Positions 7,561 through 16,176 of a stretch of 64,000 bases of DNA are shown in pieces (within the stretch, counting starts at the first letter, position 1; each line of letters starts with the position of its first letter). The stretch is from an uncultured Anaerotruncus sp. (GTDB lineage: Bacteria; Bacillota; Clostridia; Oscillospirales; CAG-272), in NCBI GenBank assembly GCA_902461815.1, contig CABPZE010000001.1, positions 321,374-385,373 of the forward strand, in the 5' to 3' direction. The notes beneath the pieces were generated by a model that made no database searches, had not been told where the DNA came from, and worked only from the letters and a program-made list of their open reading frames with translations. The translations under genes and the position numbers were made by a program.

Positions 7561-10003
7561 ATATTTTTCTTAGCTTTGCGTAGCTGCCCATAAGCTTTTT
7601 GGTGCCGACACGGTCAAATATGACCTCATACAGCTTATCAGCACCCATCTGCTTTACAGAAAGCACTTCGCCTTCTCCGAATACCGGATGCAGAACACGC
7701 ATACCGGGTTCAAAGCTTTCAGAAGACGCACGTGTTACTGTCGGAGCATGATTTACTGTCAGGCGGTCAGAGGACATTGAAGAAGCGCGAGGACGCGACG
7801 GGCTTCTGTTCATCTGAGACGAATATGTAACATTACCCTCCTCATCAAATGAGGCTCTGAAAGGAACTCTTCCATCCGGAGAATTCTTTTTTTGATACTC
7901 ATCATCCTCATCTATCAGCTCGGTAGGAATATCCTCGATAAAGCGTGACGGCGCGTTGAACTGAGTGCGACCGTACATGGTGCGCATTTTCGCTCTCAGG
8001 ATAAACAATTCCTTCTTCGCCCGCGTTATGGCAACATAGGCAAGCCGCCGTTCTTCCTCAAGCTCCTCAGGCTCCATGACCGCCTGAGAGGACGGGAATA
8101 TTCCCTCCTCCATACCGGGGAGAAATACGACCGGAAATTCCAGTCCTTTGGCTGAATGAACCGTCATAAGCACCACGGCGTCAGCATTCTCGTCGAACCT
8201 GTCAACATCAGCGACAAGAGCATTTTCTTCAAGGAATCCCGTGAGAGTCGGCTCATCGTTAGCCTGCATGTATTCCATAATGCTTGAAATAAATTCATTA
8301 ACGTTGTCAACTCGATCTGCCTCTTCCTCACCGGCATCGGTCAGCATTTTCATATATCCGGTCTTGTCAAGCACCTGACGCGCAAATGCATCAAGCGGAC
8401 ATCCGCTCTCAAGGACACCTGTCAGCTCGTTTATGGTTGCGGCAAAGCTTTCAAGCGTATGAGCTGAGCGCAAAAGCGCAGTATAAGACGACGCGCGTGA
8501 CATTACGTCAAACATTGAAGCCCCGGTCTCGTTGGCAATATCCTCAACGGCTTCAAGCGTTTTTGCGCCTATTTTCCGGCGAGGTTCGTTAATTATTCGA
8601 AGAAGCCTTTCGCGGTCGGCGTGGTTATTTATCAGCTGCAGATATGCAACTGTGTCACGTATTTCTTTGCGGTCTGAAAAACGCAGACCGCCGTAGATAC
8701 GATAAGGAATTCCGCTCTTTGCAAGAGTACGTTCTATACTGCTTGCCTGTGCATTTACACGGTAAAGCACTGCGAAGTCGCGGTAAGTGAATTTATCAGT
8801 AGCAATATGTTTAAGAATCGTGTCAGCGATAATGCGCGATTCGGAAATCTGGTCGTCAGCTGCACGGTATGAGATCAGCTCACCCTTGTCATTTGACGTC
8901 CAAAGTGTTTTCCCGCGACGGGATTCATTTTTACTGATAACAGCGTTGGCTGCGTTAAGTATATTTGAGGTGGAGCGGTAATTCTGTTCCAGCTTTATTA
9001 CCTTTGCATCGGGATAATGCCGGTCAAATGTCAGTATATTTTCAATCGTTGCCCCGCGAAAACGGTATATGCTCTGGTCATCATCCCCGACAACCATGAT
9101 ATTACGCCACTCGGAAGCAAAAAGCGAACAAAGCTCAAACTGTGCAAGGTTCGTGTCCTGATACTCGTCAACGCAAACGTATCTGAACTTGTGCGCATAA
9201 TACTGCTTTACATCATCGTTTTCGCGCAGGAGTATGACCGTCTGCATGATAATATCGTCAAAATCCATGGCGTTTGACGCCTTTAGCGATTTCTGATATT
9301 CTGCATAAACCTTTGCATACTCACGTTCACGGTAGCCGCCGCCGGCTTCCATAGCATATGCCTCCGGGGTGAGCAGCTTTTCTTTAGCGCGACTTATAAC
9401 GCCGGCAACAGTTTTAAGGGGGAACTGCTTGTCGTCCACATTGGCGCTTTTCATTGCTTTCGCAAGCGCTTTTTTCTGGTCGTCAGTGTCATAAATCGTA
9501 ACCTGACCGGTGTATCCTATGCGTTCGGCGTATTTGCGGATCATCCTCATGCAAATTGAGTGAAAAGTACCCGCCCAGATATCTGCGGCAATATCCGGAG
9601 AATCAAACATTGATGTAAGCCGCGATTTGATCTCATTTGCCGCTTTGTTTGTAAATGTAATTGCCAATACATTCCACGGAGCAGTGGTTTCGGTAGCAAA
9701 CTCATCCAGTATAGGCGTAATATCCTCAGGCGACAGTTCCGCCGCCGACTCAAGATCAGACACATACGCCTCATCAAGGTTATCCGGGACTTTTTCCGAA
9801 TAATATGCATCTCCGTACCTAATGATCTGCGCTATACGTCTGACAAGTACCGTGGTTTTTCCGCTGCCTGCGCCTGCAATGACAAGGAGCGGACCTTTTA
9901 CGGTAAACACTGCCTCGCGCTGACAGTTGTTAAGACCACTGAGCGATTTGTCAAATAACCTTCTTTTTGCCGCCAGATAGCGGTTTTCAAGTGCTGAGTT
10001 CAT
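7559..10003 (-). CDS. pcrA: ATP-dependent DNA helicase PcrA/UvrD family
   Basis: Walker A 'AGAGSGKTTVL', motif 'VDEYQDTN', 'GDDDQSIYRFRGA' and C-terminal 'VHSAKGLEF'. 814 aa. Confidence 0.9.
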   Translation of the reverse strand: MNSALENRYLAAKRRLFDKSLSGLNNCQREAVFTVKGPLLVIAGAGSGKTTVLVRRIAQIIRYGDAYYSEKVPDNLDEAYVSDLESAAELSPEDITPILDEFATETTAPWNVLAITFTNKAANEIKSRLTSMFDSPDIAADIWAGTFHSICMRMIRKYAERIGYTGQVTIYDTDDQKKALAKAMKSANVDDKQFPLKTVAGVISRAKEKLLTPEAYAMEAGGGYREREYAKVYAEYQKSLKASNAMDFDDIIMQTVILLRENDDVKQYYAHKFRYVCVDEYQDTNLAQFELCSLFASEWRNIMVVGDDDQSIYRFRGATIENILTFDRHYPDAKVIKLEQNYRSTSNILNAANAVISKNESRRGKTLWTSNDKGELISYRAADDQISESRIIADTILKHIATDKFTYRDFAVLYRVNAQASSIERTLAKSGIPYRIYGGLRFSDRKEIRDTVAYLQLINNHADRERLLRIINEPRRKIGAKTLEAVEDIANETGASMFDVMSRASSYTALLRSAHTLESFAATINELTGVLESGCPLDAFARQVLDKTGYMKMLTDAGEEEADRVDNVNEFISSIMEYMQANDEPTLTGFLEENALVADVDRFDENADAVVLMTVHSAKGLEFPVVFLPGMEEGIFPSSQAVMEPEELEEERRLAYVAITRAKKELFILRAKMRTMYGRTQFNAPSRFIEDIPTELIDEDDEYQKKNSPDGRVPFRASFDEEGNVTYSSQMNRSPSRPRASSMSSDRLTVNHAPTVTRASSESFEPGMRVLHPVFGEGEVLSVKQMGADKLYEVIFDRVGTKKLMGSYAKLRKI

Positions 10004-10127
10004 TGTTATGTATTTCCCTTGCAGTTCTTATATGCGGGGCTGCCGACTAAGTGCGGCAGCCCCTGACTTTGATATATACAACCGTATCAAAGCCGTGCGG
10101 AGCTATGCTCCATATGCAGATATTTTT

Positions 10128-10271
10128 TTATTCGGCTTCCCTGTTGTTCTTGTTCTGCTGCTGATTCTGCTGATTCTGACTCTGTTTGTTCTGCTGATTC
10201 TGCTGATTCTGCTGATTCTGATTCTGCTGATTCTGATTCTGCTGGTTCTGGTTCTTGTTATGATTTTCCAT
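10128..10271 (-). CDS. 47-aa Gln/Asn-repeat peptide (MENHNKNQNQQNQNQQNQNQQNQQNQQNKQSQNQQNQQQNKNNREAE)
   Basis: GGAGAA RBS 5 nt upstream of the ATG at 10271. The track ORF extends to 10358, but that extension has no RBS. It lies between the 485-aa membrane protein gene and pcrA on the same strand. Confidence 0.45.
   Translation of the reverse strand: MENHNKNQNQQNQNQQNQNQQNQQNQQNKQSQNQQNQQQNKNNREAE
10141..10259. repeat. In-frame 6/9-nt tandem repeat tract (CTGATT / CTGCTGATT units)
   Basis: The units …CTGCTGATT CTGCTGATT CTGCTGATT CTGATT CTGCTGATT CTGATT CTGCTGGTT CTGGTT… are directly visible. They encode NQ/NQQ on the minus strand. Confidence 0.75.
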
Positions 10272-10364
10272 TATTCTTCTCCATGCCGTACTTCGGCGGA
10301 ATATTTTGTGCGGATAAATATTTTTTACCGCAAACAGAGTATTCCCTGAAGCAAGCACGAATAT

Positions 10365-11774
10365 TCAGCTCAGCATATATCTGCTATCAATTTCAGCCTT
10401 TATCTCAGATTCGGCTTTAAGCACGATAAAAAAATTGATAAGGCACAATACGGCGCTGATGATCCACCATACGTCAGACAATGTGCGCATCAAACCGGCG
10501 GCGGTGTGGAATACACTCAAAGATGAGTTATATGTTATTATGATGTCACCTATGCAGAAGCTTACGGCGCACACTGCTGCCATAACGGCAATTACCCTTA
10601 CCCACTTTTCAAGATATTTGCGTATCTCGGCAAGCTTTGATTCCCGGAATGATGCCGGAGAATTTTCGGCGATAAACCCTGCATGATCACGAATTATCTG
10701 ATTCAGCGCAAGCATGACGAAAATCACCACAGCAACAAATAACGCCGAGCTAAGTATCATAAACAAATATCTTACCGCAAACACGCTGCGGGCGTCGCTG
10801 CTCGTCCACACGGATGCATTGAAATAGTTCTCGTTGAAATAAAACTGAAGCCAATCGCTTACAGCTGCCGCGACGGCATAAACAGAAGAAATTGCTACTC
10901 CGGCTTTCCACTTGTCAAATATACTGCCGAGAATAAGAAAGAAAGCAATAAAAGCAACAGCGGCAAGTGTGTCCGGAATAATATTATTTCCTTCAACAAT
11001 AAAATCGATCTCAAGCAGGAATGCGGCTGCAAGAACCGCAAATGCCATGTTGATTTTCCGTCTTGTAAAACGGATATCATCCGGCAATATCTCAGTGTCA
11101 TATTTTCTTTGAAGCGCGGGAACAAATTCGGTATCACGGCACAGTCTTGCCAAATACCGTTCGATAACAACAAGCCAGAATACACCGGCAGCAAGACCTA
11201 TTATAACACCGAAATCACGGAAAAGGCCGATAAATTCATACCAGTTGAATTTTGTTTCATCATAACCGCCCATACTGAGAGAAGCAAATTCCGGAATCAC
11301 CGCGCACGCAGGTTTAATAAACAGAAATGCAATCGTTACTGTTTTTGCAAACCCTGTGATAGTTGCCCTACCGCGTCGGCTTTTGTATGGGATCATAGCT
11401 CCGGTGCGGCTGCCAAGGTAAAGCAGACCGTCAAAAAGCTCGCTCCATGCAGGTATAAGCAGAATAAGCTCAATGACGGCAAACGAAAATGCCGCAAGCA
11501 ACAAAGCCATTGGCTGTTCGTTCTGACTGGATATGCTGAATACCAAAAACAGCGAAGCAAACTTTGCAGCCGACACAGCAGCTGCCCATATGAATTTGGA
11601 ACGTGCGTTTTCAATCTTCGGGCAGATGTATGACATACGTGTTATTGCAGAAAAGATCAAAATATATGCAATAAAATCAGGAAGTATATCAAAAATCGCA
11701 ATGTCGGGATTAAACAGAAGCACAGAAGCCACTGCTAACATTGCAAGACCCATATGCTTTCCTTTTATTTTCAT
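10365..11774 (-). CDS. Uncharacterised polytopic membrane protein (~10+ TM segments)
   Basis: Long hydrophobic ORF. I prefer the ATG at 11774 (MKIKGKHMGLAML…), which has GGAAAGG upstream. The track start is 11822. No family recognised. Confidence 0.6.
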   Translation of the reverse strand: MKIKGKHMGLAMLAVASVLLFNPDIAIFDILPDFIAYILIFSAITRMSYICPKIENARSKFIWAAAVSAAKFASLFLVFSISSQNEQPMALLLAAFSFAVIELILLIPAWSELFDGLLYLGSRTGAMIPYKSRRGRATITGFAKTVTIAFLFIKPACAVIPEFASLSMGGYDETKFNWYEFIGLFRDFGVIIGLAAGVFWLVVIERYLARLCRDTEFVPALQRKYDTEILPDDIRFTRRKINMAFAVLAAAFLLEIDFIVEGNNIIPDTLAAVAFIAFFLILGSIFDKWKAGVAISSVYAVAAAVSDWLQFYFNENYFNASVWTSSDARSVFAVRYLFMILSSALFVAVVIFVMLALNQIIRDHAGFIAENSPASFRESKLAEIRKYLEKWVRVIAVMAAVCAVSFCIGDIIITYNSSLSVFHTAAGLMRTLSDVWWIISAVLCLINFFIVLKAESEIKAEIDSRYMLS

Positions 11775-11898
11775 CGTAATGACCAGCCTTTCCCGTGCTG
11801 TTGCGTCAAATGCCCACAGCACGTTATATGCAGTGGAGAAAAATGATCCGATGCATCTTCAGTTTTGCACTGAAACGATGTACGCACAGAACTCGTAT

Positions 11899-12588
11899 TT
11901 ATTTCTTGCGGCGTTTACTGTTTCTCGACTCGGCGCGCTTTCGTTCTCTTTCCTCAATTTCGCGGCGTGTTGTCTCAACGGCGCGCGCCTCTCGTGCATC
12001 GAGCTTCTCAAAAAACCGATCCACAAACTGAATCCCGGTTTTTTTGCGTCCCATGTCTTCGGCGCCCTCCGGACAAATGTTCTTGTAGCAACCGAAAATT
12101 GAGATCGCCGTAACCACAATAAGGATTATAAGCATCAGATAATAAAATCCCGGAGGAATAATCTTTGCAGTTCCCAACGCATATGTGGAAGCCCAAAGCA
12201 CGGTAATTATCATAGCAGTAAGCGCGGTGGATCTTTGCTTATCAAGACCCACATCCGCGGCAGCATTGCTAAGCGCCCAAAGCATCAATAAATGCAGGAG
12301 CATCACAAGCGCCAGCCATACCCATCCTTCAAGAGTAACGGCAAATTGCGGCAAAGCCTCCTCGCCCGCATAATGTTTTATAAAGTAAAACACACCCTCG
12401 GCAACTCCGGTCAGAAGAAAAAGTGCCGCCGCTACCCCTGCGTATACAAATTGTCGGAAATATTCACGGAGCTTATGCATTCCGATCATCATGACAACGC
12501 ATCCGACAATACGTATCGCCCACCCGTAAAGGGTCATTGAAACCACAAAGGTCAGAAGGTAGCCAATAAGCAGAAGACCGAATCCCAT
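11899..12588 (-). CDS. Uncharacterised membrane protein with highly charged C-terminal tail
   Basis: 229 aa with about six hydrophobic segments, then '…REIEERERKRAESRNSKRRKK'. Its ATG overlaps the secA stop (TGATG). Confidence 0.6.
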   Translation of the reverse strand: MGFGLLLIGYLLTFVVSMTLYGWAIRIVGCVVMMIGMHKLREYFRQFVYAGVAAALFLLTGVAEGVFYFIKHYAGEEALPQFAVTLEGWVWLALVMLLHLLMLWALSNAAADVGLDKQRSTALTAMIITVLWASTYALGTAKIIPPGFYYLMLIILIVVTAISIFGCYKNICPEGAEDMGRKKTGIQFVDRFFEKLDAREARAVETTRREIEERERKRAESRNSKRRKK

Positions 12589-15356
12589 CAGCTGTCACCG
12601 CCGCCGGATATCTTTGCACCACAGCACTTTTTGTATTTTTTACCGCTTCCGCAAGGACACAGTGCATTGCGGTCAATTTTTTCGGCAGTTGAAGCGGCAG
12701 GCGCAGACTTTTTGTTCTGCTCGATGCTTCTTCCCATCCGCATATTTTTTATCATTTCAGGAGTGATAACTATAACCTCGGGAATCTTTTCGGTCAGCAT
12801 CTCACGTGCGGTCTTGTCCCTGATCTCGGTGATAAGATCGCCGAACATATTTGATCCGAGCAGTTTATACTCGGTAAGCGGGTCTTTGTGAGCATACGAC
12901 TGAAGCATAACATTCTGCTTAAGGTTCTCCATATCGTCGATATGATCAAGCCACATCTCATCAATGTTATGCAGCAGAGTATTACGTTCAAAGCGTCTGA
13001 ATCTGTCCTCGCCCACTTCTGCTTCGCGCGAGCTGTAAAGCTCCTCAGCATTATCCTGCAAAAGCTTTTCTATATCCTCAGCGGAAACATGCTTCAGCTC
13101 TTCTTCGGAATAAATAAGCTCGTCCTCGTGGCAGACCCATCCGAGATATTTTCTTCTCAGCGCTTCAAGATCCCATTCGCTCTTATTAGCCCCAGAAGTG
13201 GCGCTTTCCACAGATTCGGAAATAGTGGAAGCTATCATCTGTTTTACTTTATTGGAGAGATTGCCCTCATGCAGAATCTCGTCTCTCTGCTCATAAATTG
13301 TCTTTCTCTGCTCGTTCAGCACATCGTCATACTCAAGAACATTTTTGCGTATCTTGAAGTTGCGGCTTTCTATACGCTTCTGCGCACTTTCAATTACATT
13401 GGAGAAAAGGCTGATATTCTGAGACATGTCTCCGCTGCCGTCTGTCAGATTGGCGGCAAGAGAGGACAGCTTCTGCAGTCTTGCGGGGTCGGCAAACAGC
13501 CGCATCAGATCGTCCTGAAGTGAAATGAAAAACGTTGATTCACCAGGGTCGCCCTGACGTCCGGAACGCCCGCGCAGCTGATTGTCGATTCTCCTGCTTT
13601 CATGACGCTCGGAGCCGATAATATACAATCCGCCTGCGGCGATAACCTTCTCGCGCTCCGGAATTATCTGTTCTCTGAACTTTTCAAAGTAAATACGGAA
13701 TGTATTACGCGCGTTTTTGATATCCTGATTTTCGGTCGGAACAGTACCGGTTGAAAGCGCAATAAGCTCCGGATGAATTCCCATACGCGCCATTTCCTGC
13801 TTTGCCATATGCTCCGGATTTCCGCCAAGCATTATATCGGTTCCGCGCCCCGCCATGTTTGTGGCTATGGTCACAGCACCGGCGCGTCCTGCCTCGGCGA
13901 TTATATCCGCTTCGCGCTCGTGATTCTTGGCGTTCAGTACATTATGCTGAATGCCCTTCGCCTTGAGCATTCTCGACAGGACCTCGGATTTTTCAACCGA
14001 TGCAGTACCAACAAGCACCGGCTGTGATTTTGCACGGCACTGCTCCACAAGTTCAATAATTGCACGGAATTTTGAGCTTTCATCGGTAAATATGCGGTCT
14101 GGGTGATCGACGCGTATCATTGGCTTATTGGTGGGAACTTCAACAACATCCAAGCCGTAAATTTCGCGGAACTCTTCCTCCTCGGTAAGAGCCGTACCGG
14201 TCATACCGGATAGCTTGCGATACATACGGAAATAATTCTGGATAGTAACGGTAGCCGTTACCTTCATTTCGGACTTGATATTTACCTTTTCCTTTGCCTC
14301 AAGCGCCTGATGAAGCCCGTCCTGATATCTTCTTCCCGGCATAAGTCTGCCGGTGAACGGGTCAACGATAATAATTTCTCCGTCCTTGACCACATAATCA
14401 ACATCACGCTTCTTGACGCCATATGCGTGGATCGACTGATTGACACTGTGCGCTATACTTGCATTTTCCGGATCATTCAGATTGTCGATGCCAAAGAATT
14501 CTTCTATCTTTTTTGCCCCGCGCGGAGTAAGGACCGCACTTGAGTGTTTTTCATCAACGATGTAGTCAAAATTCTCGTCGTCTGTCTCCGCCTTGGTGTC
14601 AAGCTCTTTGATCACCTTTTTGGAAAGCTTGCGGACAGCTGCATCACATTTCTCGTAAATATCGGTTGATTTTCCGCTCAGACCGGAAATAATAAGCGGC
14701 GTACGCGCCTCATCGATGAGAATCGAGTCGACCTCATCTATGATGGCAAAGTTATGCCCGCGCTGCATCTGCGCTTCAAGACTTGTCTGAAGATTGTCAC
14801 GCAGATAGTCAAATCCGAATTCGTTGTTTGTTCCGTAGGTTATATCTGCCGCGTAATTACGCCTCTTTTCGGCGGCGGACATATCCTTAGTTATAACACC
14901 GGTGCGCAGCCCGAGATATTCGTATATACGTCCCATTTCACCGGCGTCACGAACCGCAAGATAATCGTTTACTGTAACGATATGAACACCTTTTCCGGTT
15001 AGCGCGTTAAGGTATGCCGGCATTGTCGCAACAAGTGTTTTACCTTCTCCGGTCTTCATTTCGGCAATTCTGCCCTGATGCAAAAGAATTCCTCCAAGCA
15101 CCTGTACCCGGAAGGGACGCTTGCCCAGAACACGATCAGCAGCTTCCCTGACCGCGGCAAATGCCTCGGGCAGCAGTTGCTCCAGAGTCTCACCGTTTGA
15201 AAGTCTTTCACGGAACTCCGGAGTAACCGCGCGAAGCTCCTCGTCGCTCATTGACTTGAATTTGTCGGCGAGTGCATCAACCGCATCCGCCGCACCTTTT
15301 ATTTTTTTGAGCTGTCTTTTGCTGTAATCGCCAAATAATAATGTTTCAAGTTTCAT
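12588..15356 (-). CDS. secA: Preprotein translocase ATPase SecA
   Basis: 922 aa with 'MKTGEGKTLVA' (Walker A), a DEAD-like 'IIDEVDSILIDEA' and the C-terminal zinc motif 'CPCGSGKKYKKCCG'. Confidence 0.95.
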   Translation of the reverse strand: MKLETLLFGDYSKRQLKKIKGAADAVDALADKFKSMSDEELRAVTPEFRERLSNGETLEQLLPEAFAAVREAADRVLGKRPFRVQVLGGILLHQGRIAEMKTGEGKTLVATMPAYLNALTGKGVHIVTVNDYLAVRDAGEMGRIYEYLGLRTGVITKDMSAAEKRRNYAADITYGTNNEFGFDYLRDNLQTSLEAQMQRGHNFAIIDEVDSILIDEARTPLIISGLSGKSTDIYEKCDAAVRKLSKKVIKELDTKAETDDENFDYIVDEKHSSAVLTPRGAKKIEEFFGIDNLNDPENASIAHSVNQSIHAYGVKKRDVDYVVKDGEIIIVDPFTGRLMPGRRYQDGLHQALEAKEKVNIKSEMKVTATVTIQNYFRMYRKLSGMTGTALTEEEEFREIYGLDVVEVPTNKPMIRVDHPDRIFTDESSKFRAIIELVEQCRAKSQPVLVGTASVEKSEVLSRMLKAKGIQHNVLNAKNHEREADIIAEAGRAGAVTIATNMAGRGTDIMLGGNPEHMAKQEMARMGIHPELIALSTGTVPTENQDIKNARNTFRIYFEKFREQIIPEREKVIAAGGLYIIGSERHESRRIDNQLRGRSGRQGDPGESTFFISLQDDLMRLFADPARLQKLSSLAANLTDGSGDMSQNISLFSNVIESAQKRIESRNFKIRKNVLEYDDVLNEQRKTIYEQRDEILHEGNLSNKVKQMIASTISESVESATSGANKSEWDLEALRRKYLGWVCHEDELIYSEEELKHVSAEDIEKLLQDNAEELYSSREAEVGEDRFRRFERNTLLHNIDEMWLDHIDDMENLKQNVMLQSYAHKDPLTEYKLLGSNMFGDLITEIRDKTAREMLTEKIPEVIVITPEMIKNMRMGRSIEQNKKSAPAASTAEKIDRNALCPCGSGKKYKKCCGAKISGGGDS

Positions 15357-15520
15357 CTGAGATGCCTTTCGGTCTTAATGTAACTATATTTATTTTATTA
15401 TACATCATTTGTGGGATAAAAACCATACTAAAATGTAAATTTTACATTCAGATATTATCTGTACCTGAACAAATTTGAACCAACCCGGAAGAATTGCGCC
15501 GACACAGGCACGCTGCTCAT

Positions 15521-15554
15521 AAAAAACCGACCCCTTCTGAATTATCGGGGTCGG
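15521..15554 (-). terminator. Intrinsic terminator downstream of the 163-aa secreted-protein gene
   Basis: CCGACCCC (15527-15534) pairs with GGGGTCGG (15547-15554). On the minus strand it is followed by TTTTTT (15521-15526). Confidence 0.7.
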
Positions 15555-15573
15555 ATTTCTATGTTAATAAAAG

Positions 15574-16065
15574 TTACTGTGTAACAGTCTGCTCTTCGGT
15601 AACAAGCTTGTAAACTATCTTGTCGCCGTCATTTACCTTGCAGGTTACAGAGGTAGCGTTTTCAGGCGTTGCACCGTTTACCGTCCACACAAAATGTGTG
15701 TTTTTGAAGGTAGCGGAGTCGGCGTTGCTGGAAACTGCGGCGCTGTGCTGCTTGATAGTATCTCCACCGAAGGTTATTGAATCAACAGAACCGTCGGAAA
15801 GTGCTACATAGGTCGCCTCTCTTGCATTGATAAGAGCAATAAGAGCGTCGTTGACAGATATACCGGCATCAACTTCAAGCTCGTTATTTCTCAGGAAGAT
15901 CGCCTCAGCACCGTCGCTGTCAGTGTAATACACCTCAACGGAAACGATAATTTTATCTTTTTTGTCATCGGGAGTGTCGTTGCCGTCGCAGGAAATACAC
16001 ATCGCGGAGAAGCCTACAAGCATTACCGCAGCCAAAATCAGTGAAATTAATTTTTTTGTTTTCAT
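15574..16065 (-). CDS. Small secreted/anchored protein, possibly DUF4430-like
   Basis: N-terminal signal/anchor (MKTKKLISLILAAVMLVGFSAMCISC…). The C-terminal '…WTVNGATPENATSVTCKVNDGDKIVYKL' recalls the DUF4430 pattern. AGGAGG RBS present. Confidence 0.5.
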   Translation of the reverse strand: MKTKKLISLILAAVMLVGFSAMCISCDGNDTPDDKKDKIIVSVEVYYTDSDGAEAIFLRNNELEVDAGISVNDALIALINAREATYVALSDGSVDSITFGGDTIKQHSAAVSSNADSATFKNTHFVWTVNGATPENATSVTCKVNDGDKIVYKLVTEEQTVTQ

Positions 16066-16093
16066 AAATATTCCTCCTTGTGGGTTCTAATAG

Positions 16094-16122
16094 ATTATAC
16101 AATGCCAAAGCCGTTTTGTCAA
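16094..16122 (-). promoter_or_regulatory. Consensus sigma-A promoter for the 15574-16065 gene
   Basis: On the minus strand: TTGACA (16122-16117), a 17-nt spacer, then TATAAT (16099-16094). Confidence 0.65.
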
Positions 16123-16176
16123 TAGTATTAGTGCATAATTTTCAGCCTTATCAATTTTAACGTGCCAAAATTAAAT

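Noticed and set aside
10008-10349. 113-aa plus-strand ORF rich in Leu/Ile (…LILLILTLFVLLILLILLILILLILILLVLVLV…)
   Set aside because: It is the reverse-strand reading of the same CTGATT/CTGCTGATT repeat. It has no RBS and runs against the local gene direction. The minus-strand Q/N ORF has a well-placed GGAGAA RBS.
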